From: Neisseria lactamica
GTDB taxonomy: Bacteria > Pseudomonadota > Gammaproteobacteria > Burkholderiales > Neisseriaceae
Length of the DNA stretch: 7,561 nt
NCBI GenBank assembly: GCA_001067655.1
Contig: JUNU01000258.1
Coordinates: 1 to 7,561, forward strand
Reading direction: 5' to 3'
Shown piece after piece: positions 1-6,452 of this stretch. The notes beneath the pieces are model-generated. The model had not been told where the DNA came from, did no database searches, and saw nothing but the letters and a program-made list of their open reading frames with translations. Position numbers and translations under genes: made by a program. Position 1 is the stretch's first letter, and every line of letters starts with the position of its first letter.

Positions 1-1
1 T

Positions 2-13
2 TTCAGACGACCT
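2..13 (-). other. DNA uptake sequence variant; minus strand reads AGGTCGTCTGAA
   Basis: The + strand TTCAGACGACCT is the reverse complement of AGGTCGTCTGAA. That differs from the canonical GCCGTCTGAA core by one base and matches what I recall as the AG-mucDUS dialect. Confidence 0.6.
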
Positions 14-20
14 TATATAT

Positions 21-47
21 TGCGCTCCATCAGGGGCGCATATTTTT
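21..47 (+). terminator. Putative rho-independent terminator (probably for an upstream + strand transcript)
   Basis: tgcgctcc (21-28) pairs with ggggcgca (33-40): 8 bp with one G-T pair and a 4-nt loop atca. It is followed by tattttt. Confidence 0.45.
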
Positions 48-57
48 AATTCTTGTA

Positions 58-89
58 AAGCCCCTTAACTCTAGCCAGTGAAGGGGCTT
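58..89. repeat. 9-bp perfect inverted repeat (hairpin) overlapping the Shine-Dalgarno of the 94..324 ORF
   Basis: aagcccctt (58-66) and aaggggctt (81-89) are exact reverse complements with a 14-nt loop. The 3' arm contains the GAAGGGG ribosome-binding motif for ATG 94. Confidence 0.6.
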
Positions 90-93
90 AATC

Positions 94-324
94 ATGTTTA
101 TTTTCTATACCGTCAATCCCGAACCCGTATCTTTCCCAAAAGCATACATCTTGAAAGTGTTCAGGGATAAAGACAACGAATCCCAATGCATCAAAACAGT
201 TTGTTTCCCTATCCGCAATCCGACTTTGAAACAAAAAACCGAAAACGAAGCGTATGAATACGGCAGATTGTTTGTAAAAGAACTGTTGGACAAGGAATGT
301 AACCGTGAAAGCCTTGGAAGATAA
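94..324 (+). CDS. Hypothetical small protein (76 aa) upstream of and overlapping the rep start
   Basis: ATG is preceded by GAAGGGG at 7-nt spacing. Composition looks globular, and the ORF overlaps the GTG 305 rep start by 20 nt. I recognise no family. Confidence 0.5.
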   Translation: MFIFYTVNPEPVSFPKAYILKVFRDKDNESQCIKTVCFPIRNPTLKQKTENEAYEYGRLFVKELLDKECNRESLGR

Positions 325-1648
325 AGCCGTGGCGGTGTCCGCGGACATGGCGGACGCGTCAGCGGACGGCGGGGCTGCGGCAACCGCCGAAGGCTGCCCC
401 CCTAGGCTAATAGGGGGGGACCAAAACAAAACCCCAAATCCGAAGGGTGCGGAAAAAACAGAAAACCAAGAATTCCAATTCGAGTATTTCAGCCATTTTG
501 TATCGGACGGCAAAGGCAGATTTATAGAAATACCGTTAAGGCGTGGCAGGGATGACGGAGCGTTCATAGACCAAATCACTTTCACGATACACGAAGATTC
601 CATGACGAAAGTAACCGGAAAGGGATTGGTTTCAGATACGGAATTCGTTGTTCAGTATAGCGAGCTGCTTGAAGAAATTTTGGGATTCGGCATTACCCAA
701 AAATTACCGTTCAAAGGTAAGTTTTTCTATAAAAGCTGTTACCAACTCGGACCCGATAACGTCGAATACGGAAAGGTCCACTATGGTGGTCAGCGAGAAA
801 CGATGTTGGTCGAATTGAACGGAACAGGCTGCATGGCGGCATTACCCGGTTGGGGAAACCGCCTACATGAATTCTTAAGTAAATGCGTCCGCCCGAAAAT
901 AACCCGTGTCGATGTAGCCCATGATTTTTTCAACGGCGAGTACACACCCGATCAGGCAATTTTAGACCACGATAACGGACATTACGACGTACACAATATG
1001 CGGCCAAAAAGCGAATGTCGTGGCACGGCATGGCGCAATGAAGACGGTAGCGGAAAAACCTTTTACATCGGCAAGCGTGGAAACTCAAAATTTACCCGTG
1101 TTTACGAGAAAGGCAGACAGTTCGGAGATGTTGACAGCCCTTGGGTCAGGTTTGAAACCGAATTCAGGGCGGGGGATATAGAAATCCCATTGGATATGCT
1201 GCTTTATCCTGGTTCGTATCTCGGCGGTGCATATCCGATTTGCAAGGCGATTTTCAAGACCGAAGCCAAGCGGATGGAAGCAAAAGTAGAAACCGTTAAT
1301 TTGACATTCGACCATAAGCTTTTCCATGCAAGGAATCAGGTCGGCAAGATGGTTAATTTCCTCCGCGATATAGGGTGGGACGATAGCAGGATAGTTGATG
1401 AGCTGGTGAAAGGCGTTGAAGGTTATCCCAAAGGTTTACAGCCTGAGCAATACGATTGCAGAAACCAAACGCAGAAATTCCAGTATATACACGAAGAACA
1501 GAAAGCCATTAACGCATTGAACATTGAAATACTGTTTGATGATTTGAATGAAGAGAAAGAAACCGCATTCCCCCAAGACAGGGAAAGGCAACACATCAAG
1601 GATATTGAGTACGAGGAACGTCAAATATCCGATTTTTTAAACAACTGA
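305..1648 (+). CDS. Rolling-circle replication initiation protein (Rep_trans / RstA-like phage replication initiator)
   Basis: 447-aa ORF with motifs typical of this family: IDQITFTIH, GGQRETMLVELNGTGC, RVDVAHDFF, FYIGKRGNSKFTRVYEKG and VRFETEFR. It is the first large gene of the phage module. GTG 305 has AAGGAA 7 nt upstream; the alternative ATG 347 has no clear SD. There is no other canonical in-frame start before 601. Confidence 0.9.
   Translation: MKALEDKAVAVSADMADASADGGAAATAEGCPPRLIGGDQNKTPNPKGAEKTENQEFQFEYFSHFVSDGKGRFIEIPLRRGRDDGAFIDQITFTIHEDSMTKVTGKGLVSDTEFVVQYSELLEEILGFGITQKLPFKGKFFYKSCYQLGPDNVEYGKVHYGGQRETMLVELNGTGCMAALPGWGNRLHEFLSKCVRPKITRVDVAHDFFNGEYTPDQAILDHDNGHYDVHNMRPKSECRGTAWRNEDGSGKTFYIGKRGNSKFTRVYEKGRQFGDVDSPWVRFETEFRAGDIEIPLDMLLYPGSYLGGAYPICKAIFKTEAKRMEAKVETVNLTFDHKLFHARNQVGKMVNFLRDIGWDDSRIVDELVKGVEGYPKGLQPEQYDCRNQTQKFQYIHEEQKAINALNIEILFDDLNEEKETAFPQDRERQHIKDIEYEERQISDFLNN
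397..418. repeat. C6/G7 homopolymer hairpin inside the 5' part of rep
   Basis: ccccccta (397-404) pairs with tagggggg (411-418), loop ggctaa. The G run is 7 long (413-419) and the C run is 6 long (397-402). Confidence 0.7.
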
Positions 1649-1661
1649 AGGAAATTGAAAA

Positions 1662-1973
1662 ATGTTTGAAACAAGCCAAGTAACCACATATCCAGCCACT
1701 TTGTTGGGCGCAAAACAATTCAAAGGCGAAATCGACGGTAACAAAATCGATTCATGCACCGTCTTGGTAGCCAGCCCCATGCCGTCAAACGGCAATGCCG
1801 TCGGCTTTACCGCGGCAAGCATGAAGTTTGGTGAAAGCCATAATTTTGAAAAATTGAAAAACCTTAAGTTTCCCTGTGCGGTTGATGTAACCGTTGCCAT
1901 GGAATCAACAGGCAAAGGATTAGTGCCGAAATTGTTGGATTTCCAAGTAAAGGGCGCAGCAACTAAAGCCTAA
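1662..1973 (+). CDS. Hypothetical protein (103 aa); positional analog of the ssDNA-binding protein (gV/RstB). Function is inferred from position only
   Basis: AAGGAA lies 8 nt upstream of the ATG. The ORF starts 14 nt after the rep stop, has no TM segment, and sits right after rep as in Ff/CTXphi. Confidence 0.7.
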   Translation: MFETSQVTTYPATLLGAKQFKGEIDGNKIDSCTVLVASPMPSNGNAVGFTAASMKFGESHNFEKLKNLKFPCAVDVTVAMESTGKGLVPKLLDFQVKGAATKA

Positions 1974-1986
1974 GAAAGGCTGAATC

Positions 1987-2190
1987 ATGAGTAAGTATAA
2001 GCAAAAATTTATTGTACAAGAACTCGAAAATCATGAATTCATTTATCCCGATCCATTCGGCGATATTGGCTTTACGCCGAACATCAAATCAGCCGGCAAG
2101 TATGAAAGTTATGAAGACGCTTTTAGCTCGGCATTGGAAGAGATAGGCGGGGAATTTGTAATTTTCGGATTCTACGAAAAAGAAGACTAA
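1987..2190 (+). CDS. Hypothetical small acidic protein (67 aa)
   Basis: GAAAGG-type RBS upstream of the ATG, compact spacing after the previous stop, no TM segment. Function unknown. Confidence 0.65.
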   Translation: MSKYKQKFIVQELENHEFIYPDPFGDIGFTPNIKSAGKYESYEDAFSSALEEIGGEFVIFGFYEKED

Positions 2191-2277
2191 GTTTAAGAGG
2201 CTCGGCGGGCGGTCTCTAAAACCTTCACAAAGCCAGCAAAACCATTTTTTTATCAACATTTCGTAAAGGAAAACAAA

Positions 2278-2499
2278 ATGAACCTGAAACAAAAACTGCA
2301 ATACGCCGTCGCCGGTGCTTCCGTTGCCATCATGTCTTTGCCTGCAATGGCAGAAGACAGCGCGTTGATTACAGCCGCCAAAGCTGAATTGTCAGGCGCG
2401 AAAGAGGGTGTTTCGTCTATTGGCGCGGTTGTAATCGGTGTCGCTGCTGCAATGGTCGTTGTTGGTCTGATTATTAAAGCAGTACGCAAAGGCGGTTAA
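2278..2499 (+). CDS. Major coat protein (pVIII-like)
   Basis: AAGGA lies 7 nt upstream. The 25-aa signal peptide ends in AMA, and the mature peptide is about 48 aa. It has an acidic N-terminus (EDSALITAAKAE), a hydrophobic core (IGAVVIGVAAAMVVVGLII) and a basic C-terminus (KAVRKGG). Confidence 0.9.
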   Translation: MNLKQKLQYAVAGASVAIMSLPAMAEDSALITAAKAELSGAKEGVSSIGAVVIGVAAAMVVVGLIIKAVRKGG

Positions 2500-2810
2500 T
2501 GCAAATGGGTTATCAAGTCGGTCGTGTTTGCCATTTCACACACGAAGCGGCGACAAACGACGTGATGACCCGTGTAGTGCCGACAATAGACAAAGACGGG
2601 GTGCTGCATCACCCCGTTTTTAACGGCTCTACATGGCAGTATAACGAACAGCAAGTCAAACTGACCTTTCCCGATTGCGACCCGATGGAATATCAGAAGC
2701 TGGGTAAAGAGATAGGTTTGATGTGTGTTTCAATCGTCGCCACGGTATTTGTCGTCAACCTAATCTACAAATTCATATTATCCACGAGAGAAAAGAGTAA
2801 TGAAGAATGA
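2499..2810 (+). CDS. Hypothetical membrane-anchored protein (103 aa), possible minor virion or assembly protein
   Basis: TAATG stop/start overlap with the coat gene. C-terminal TM segment (GLMCVSIVATVFVVNLIYKFIL). It overlaps the next gene by 11 nt. Confidence 0.7.
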   Translation: MQMGYQVGRVCHFTHEAATNDVMTRVVPTIDKDGVLHHPVFNGSTWQYNEQQVKLTFPDCDPMEYQKLGKEIGLMCVSIVATVFVVNLIYKFILSTREKSNEE

Positions 2811-4581
2811 TACCCGAAGCAATGTTCATCATCGGCATACTGCCTTATGTCTTGCTCTGTCTGCTGCTTTATTCTCTGCTCCTGTAAGTGCAGAAGTAGG
2901 ACTTACCCCGCCGGCACAACATCAGGGGGCGGGTTTTCCGTCTGAGCAGGCCTTGAGACAAAAAGGATACGATCCGAAAACAGGCGTATGGCGCGTGCAA
3001 AGCCAAAACAACGGCAGACCGACCGTAACCAAGTCGGGCGATAACATCAAAGGTACGCAGTCTAAGACCGTAACCGCAACGGGCAATTATGGCGAGAAGG
3101 GAACGTTTAGGACGACGCAGACGCAGACTGTAAGCTCTTCAAAATTGCAGAATACTATAAATGGAGTTTGGGCAGGTGGTGCATTGGCAGCTGCAGTTGA
3201 TAAACATAGTGGTTTGATGGGAGCAAGAATTAGGTCAGGAGATTATAAAGGTGCTGTCGAAAGTGGTGTTTTAATGGCTGGTACCTTTGGAAATAATTTG
3301 TTTGGAGGATTTGCAGAGTCCTTGGGGAATATAGGACGTGGATTAGGTTTGATTGATAGCCCGTCTCCTCAAGATTTCAGACAAGCTGGAGACCGTTTTT
3401 ATCAATGGCAAATGCAGCAAGAAAAAAACGGCGACTTTTCCAAAGCCGTCGAAGCTGCCGCCGCTAAAAAAGCAGCGGAACAAGCCGCAAAAGCGGCCCA
3501 AGGCAACAAAGAATACAAAGAGGCAAAGGAACGTTCTAAAAAAGAGACTGTTTATCAGGTTGTTTTGGGCATAACACATATGGTCAATGGCAGACAAAAA
3601 TCGGAGAATAAATACATAGGTGCTTATACAAATAAGTTTGCTGACAATGCGGGTGCTTCATATGATAAAGATGGTAAGCAGAGGATTATTAAAAGTTCCC
3701 CTTTAGAGTCATATCTTCCCGGGTCGTGGTCGCCTAATTCGATTATTTATGCAAATTTGCAAGTTGTATCTGAAAGAACCCCGCCTCCTGAAACCGTTAC
3801 ACCTCAAGACATGATGTTGAATCAGCAAGACATCAAAGACATCCTGTCCCGTATGCTGAACAATCAACAGACCAATCATGCCGAATTGATGAATCAGTTG
3901 GCAAAAATTGGCGACGCAGTTGAGAAGTCTACCGAATCAAACCAATTCACGCCCATGACTGCCGATTCAGCACCCTACACACCGCAAGGCAGCAATACAC
4001 CGCAACAGACACGGTTTACACTTAACGCAGACGGCTCGGTTTCAACGTCTATTATTCCGCGTCCTGATCTGAAACCAAATTCCACGCTCGCGCCGACACG
4101 CAGCGAAATCATACCGACACCGAATAAAGGACAGAACACGCCAACAACACCCAACAGTCCGAATACACCTACAACACCCGATAGTCCGAATGCACCGACG
4201 ACACAGAATCAGCCGAATACACCTACAACGCCTGATACTCCGACAGGGCAACAAAATCAGAATCAAAACCAAGAGAATCAGAAGCAGGATTTTTGTCAAA
4301 AAAATCCGAATGCTGCTCAATGTATGCCGGGTGGCGATACGACCTATGAAGACATCGTCTTGCCTGAAAACACAATAGATTTGAGTTTCAGCCCTGAAAA
4401 CGTCTTCCAAACAGAAGGCGTTTGCCCGCAACCGAAAAGCGTGGATTTGGGCGCATTTGGGCAAGTCGAATTCAGCTATCAGCCGCTTTGCGACTTTGCC
4501 GCTAAATTGAGACCAGTCCTAATCATGATGACGATACTGACATGTGCATGGTTCGTCTATGGCGCATTGGAGGAGCTATGA
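2800..4581 (+). CDS. tspB: TspB-like adsorption / minor coat protein (pIII analog)
   Basis: 593 aa with a signal peptide (cleavage after VSA). It contains an Ala/Lys-rich helix region, a Pro/Thr/Asn-rich repeat linker and a Q/N-rich tract. The C-terminal domain is Cys-containing and ends in a membrane anchor (VLIMMTILTCAWFVYGAL). The gene sits between the coat gene and the pVI-like gene, as ORF6/TspB does in Neisseria Nf/MDA phages. Confidence 0.85.
   Translation: MKNDTRSNVHHRHTALCLALSAALFSAPVSAEVGLTPPAQHQGAGFPSEQALRQKGYDPKTGVWRVQSQNNGRPTVTKSGDNIKGTQSKTVTATGNYGEKGTFRTTQTQTVSSSKLQNTINGVWAGGALAAAVDKHSGLMGARIRSGDYKGAVESGVLMAGTFGNNLFGGFAESLGNIGRGLGLIDSPSPQDFRQAGDRFYQWQMQQEKNGDFSKAVEAAAAKKAAEQAAKAAQGNKEYKEAKERSKKETVYQVVLGITHMVNGRQKSENKYIGAYTNKFADNAGASYDKDGKQRIIKSSPLESYLPGSWSPNSIIYANLQVVSERTPPPETVTPQDMMLNQQDIKDILSRMLNNQQTNHAELMNQLAKIGDAVEKSTESNQFTPMTADSAPYTPQGSNTPQQTRFTLNADGSVSTSIIPRPDLKPNSTLAPTRSEIIPTPNKGQNTPTTPNSPNTPTTPDSPNAPTTQNQPNTPTTPDTPTGQQNQNQNQENQKQDFCQKNPNAAQCMPGGDTTYEDIVLPENTIDLSFSPENVFQTEGVCPQPKSVDLGAFGQVEFSYQPLCDFAAKLRPVLIMMTILTCAWFVYGALEEL
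4159..4239 (+). repeat. Three in-frame imperfect 27-bp tandem repeats (PNTPTTPDS / PNAPTTQNQ / PNTPTTPDT) in tspB
   Basis: Units lie at 4159-4185, 4186-4212 and 4213-4239. Units 1 and 3 differ at 3 of 27 positions. A degenerate copy lies just upstream (TPTTPNS). Confidence 0.8.
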
Positions 4582-4862
4582 ACTGGGGCAGTTTGATAAC
4601 AGCAGTTTTAATGTCTGTGGCGGGCAGAATATTGACCGCCATAGGGCTTTCTTTCGTGACAGTGGCGGGATTTCGTCAGTTGCAATCCTATTTCATTCAA
4701 CAGGTTCAAAACCATATTGGCGGTTTCCCTGAAGACGCATTGCAAATCGTCTACATCATGGGTTTCGGCGTCATGCTGAATTGGATATTTGGCGCATTCA
4801 CATTTATAGCAACGATAAAGGGCTTTAAGAAACTGTCCACTATCGTCAAAAGTGAGGGATAA
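4578..4862 (+). CDS. Small inner-membrane protein, pVI-like minor coat protein (DUF2523-like)
   Basis: ATGA start/stop overlap with tspB and GGAGGAG just upstream. I prefer this start to the ATG at 4542 in the ORF track. The 94-aa product has hydrophobic segments (LITAVLMSVAGRILTAIGLSFV, IVYIMGFGVMLNWIFGAFTFIA) and occupies the gene VI position. Confidence 0.75.
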   Translation: MNWGSLITAVLMSVAGRILTAIGLSFVTVAGFRQLQSYFIQQVQNHIGGFPEDALQIVYIMGFGVMLNWIFGAFTFIATIKGFKKLSTIVKSEG

Positions 4863-4865
4863 AAA

Positions 4866-6038
4866 ATGCTTTACCTATATACAGGCGTTCCCGGTGCGGG
4901 AAAAACATTGTATGCGGTTTCCAACCTTGTTAAACGCAAAGACTTTAAAGACCGTCCCATATTCGTGGACGGAATCAAAGACCTAGACCATGACAAAATA
5001 AACTACTTTGATATACCCGAAGGCGAAAGCATTCAGACATGGCCGAAGTGGGCGCCTCCGGGTGCGATTATCGTAGTTGACGAATGCCAACGAATATTCC
5101 GCCCACGTCCAAGCGGTTCGAAAGTACCCGACTACGTCGCCGAACTTGAAACACACCGACACCGTGGTCTTGATTTCATCTTGATAACCCAACATCCCCG
5201 CCTGATAGACGTCCATTTGCGCGGACTGATAGAACATCACACGCATTTAGGTAAGACCAATCTAGGGCTGCGCCGTAAGCTCGAATGGACGACAGGTGGC
5301 GCAAAAGACCCTGAAAGCAGGGCAAACATTAGGGAAGCTCTAATAAGCGTGTACAGGCTTGATAAAAGCGTGTACGGTCTGTATAAGTCCGCCGAAGTAC
5401 ACACCAAAATCAGGACGAAAAAAAGCAAACTTTTAATACTGTTCCCGCTCGCCCTATGCCTCGTAGGTTACGGAATATGGTCTTTTACTGGATTTTGGGG
5501 CAAATTCTCGGGCGAAGAAAAACAGGCGAAGACGGCAAGTACGACCCAAACCGCCCAAGCACAAACACAGCCGTCAGCCGTATCGGCAAGTGAGCCTGTA
5601 TCAAACGGGCAGTATCCGAAAGCCGAAACAAAACCCGAAGAACCAAAGAAACCACATTTGAGCGAAGAAGACTATCAGCCCCGTATCGCAGAGCGTCCTG
5701 AAACCGCCCCGATATACGACGGCATGAATAAAGCAGTTAAAGTCATGCCTTGGCCTGTCGCCTGTATTAAAGCAGAGAACCGCTGCACCTGTTACACAGA
5801 CCAAGGAACGAAGATAACCGAAATAGGCAAAAAAACCTGTCTGAACTACGTAAAAGACGGGCTGCCTTTTAACCCCTACAAAGTTCAAACCGCCGAAAAC
5901 GCCACACCGACGCATACAGCCTATACACCCGACGCCCCGCAGGTCTTGACAATGGGCGGTGCCAGCCCGCAAAATTTGATGTATGACGGATACAACGATA
6001 AAGCCTTGACGAATCAGGGTGGGAAAATTGGATTATGA
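4866..6038 (+). CDS. Zot-like / pI-like filamentous phage assembly ATPase
   Basis: Walker A GVPGAGKT at residues 7-14 and Walker B IIVVDECQ. There is a central TM segment (LLILFPLALCLVGYGIWSFTGFW), then a low-complexity linker and a Cys-containing C-terminal domain. GAGGGA RBS upstream. Confidence 0.92.
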   Translation: MLYLYTGVPGAGKTLYAVSNLVKRKDFKDRPIFVDGIKDLDHDKINYFDIPEGESIQTWPKWAPPGAIIVVDECQRIFRPRPSGSKVPDYVAELETHRHRGLDFILITQHPRLIDVHLRGLIEHHTHLGKTNLGLRRKLEWTTGGAKDPESRANIREALISVYRLDKSVYGLYKSAEVHTKIRTKKSKLLILFPLALCLVGYGIWSFTGFWGKFSGEEKQAKTASTTQTAQAQTQPSAVSASEPVSNGQYPKAETKPEEPKKPHLSEEDYQPRIAERPETAPIYDGMNKAVKVMPWPVACIKAENRCTCYTDQGTKITEIGKKTCLNYVKDGLPFNPYKVQTAENATPTHTAYTPDAPQVLTMGGASPQNLMYDGYNDKALTNQGGKIGL

Positions 6039-6226
6039 GCACATTAGATTTAATAAGGTTTATAACATCTCCTTTAGTTTGGTTTATTATTGGTTGGTAT
6101 TCTAGTAGGTCTAACACTGATAGAGGGGCAAAGGCTGGCTTTATTACAGGTTTTAAAATATTTATAGGTTTTTTAGCTTTTGAATTGTCATTAATAGGAA
6201 TTTATTACTTATCAGTGAATAATTAA
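6035..6226 (+). CDS. Small two-TM membrane protein (63 aa), AT-rich moron-like ORF
   Basis: ATGA overlap with the zot-like stop. Two hydrophobic segments (FITSPLVWFIIGWY and FITGFKIFIGFLAFELSLIGIYYL). By hand count 6041-6220 is about 29% GC, against about 48% in the preceding 60 nt of zot. Confidence 0.6.
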   Translation: MSTLDLIRFITSPLVWFIIGWYSSRSNTDRGAKAGFITGFKIFIGFLAFELSLIGIYYLSVNN

Positions 6227-6284
6227 GATACCTTTTCCCCTATCAATGAAGCTAAAAGGCGTAATTGATAGGGGAAAAGGTATC
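6227..6284. repeat. Perfect 21-bp inverted repeat (hairpin, 16-nt loop) immediately after the last morphogenesis ORF
   Basis: gataccttttcccctatcaat (6227-6247) and attgataggggaaaaggtatc (6264-6284) are exact reverse complements. No T-tract follows. Confidence 0.9.
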
Positions 6285-6404
6285 CACGGGGTGTGGGAAC
6301 TCCCGCTTCTTTGAATTTCAGCAATTTTATGTCTTCCGGCGACGTCTAAAAATTCAAAAATAGGCAAAAATCAGCTCAACCGGAGGCAATAAAATACCAA
6401 AGCC

Positions 6405-6452
6405 AAAACCCGCAAAACGTTTTAAAAAAGACGGTTTGCGGGTTTTTGTTTA
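6405..6452 (+). terminator. Rho-independent terminator (A-tract/T-tract flanked, potentially bidirectional)
   Basis: AAAACCCGCAAA (6405-6416) pairs with TTTGCGGGTTTT (6435-6446). Additional inner pairs form (cgt/acg), and a TTTTTGTTT tail follows. Confidence 0.7.

Noticed and set aside
88-603. 171-aa minus-strand ORF upstream of and overlapping rep, in the position where a divergent repressor might be expected
   Set aside because: It lies entirely antisense to the small ORF and to the conserved N-terminus of rep. It has no convincing RBS. Its sequence is low-complexity (Ala/Ser/Pro runs mirroring the GC-rich rep leader) and not repressor-like, with no recognisable HTH.
3343-3597. Minus-strand 84-aa ORF, and a Lys-rich + strand 73-aa ORF at 3353..3574
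   Set aside because: Both lie within tspB and arise from its Ala/Lys-rich (GCN/AAR) segment. Neither has an RBS.
4042-4464. 140-aa Arg/Cys-rich minus-strand ORF, and the 62-aa + strand ORF at 4190..4378
   Set aside because: These are alternative-frame readings of the Pro/Thr/Asn repeat and Q/N tract of tspB. The repetitive Arg/Cys/Ile composition is an artefact of the repeats.
4542-4577. Upstream ATG 4542 as the start of the pVI-like gene (106-aa version), and the overlapping 4544..4732 ORF
   Set aside because: ATG 4578 has a GGAGGAG motif just upstream and forms an ATGA overlap with the tspB stop. The extra 12 residues (MCMVRLWRIGGA) lie inside the tspB membrane-anchor coding sequence.
4983-6117. 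Several minus-strand ORFs (4983..5246, 5237..5428, 5601..5972, 5869..6117)
   Set aside because: All are antisense to the Zot-like ATPase, which has strong Walker A and B support. They are shadow ORFs.
6246-6314. 22-aa ORF (MKLKGVIDRGKGIHGVWELPLL) starting in the loop region of the 21-bp hairpin. Also a 19-aa ORF at 6520..6579
   Set aside because: Both are very short and lack a good RBS. The first is embedded in a strong secondary structure. Nothing supports coding.
6311-6357. Inverted repeat ttgaattt / aaattcaa flanking a GACGTC palindrome and a DUS-like GACGTCTAAA
   Set aside because: The arms are only 8 bp and AT-rich with a 31-nt spacer, so the structure is weak. GACGTCTAAA has two mismatches to the DUS core. 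I note it only as part of the structured non-coding region.
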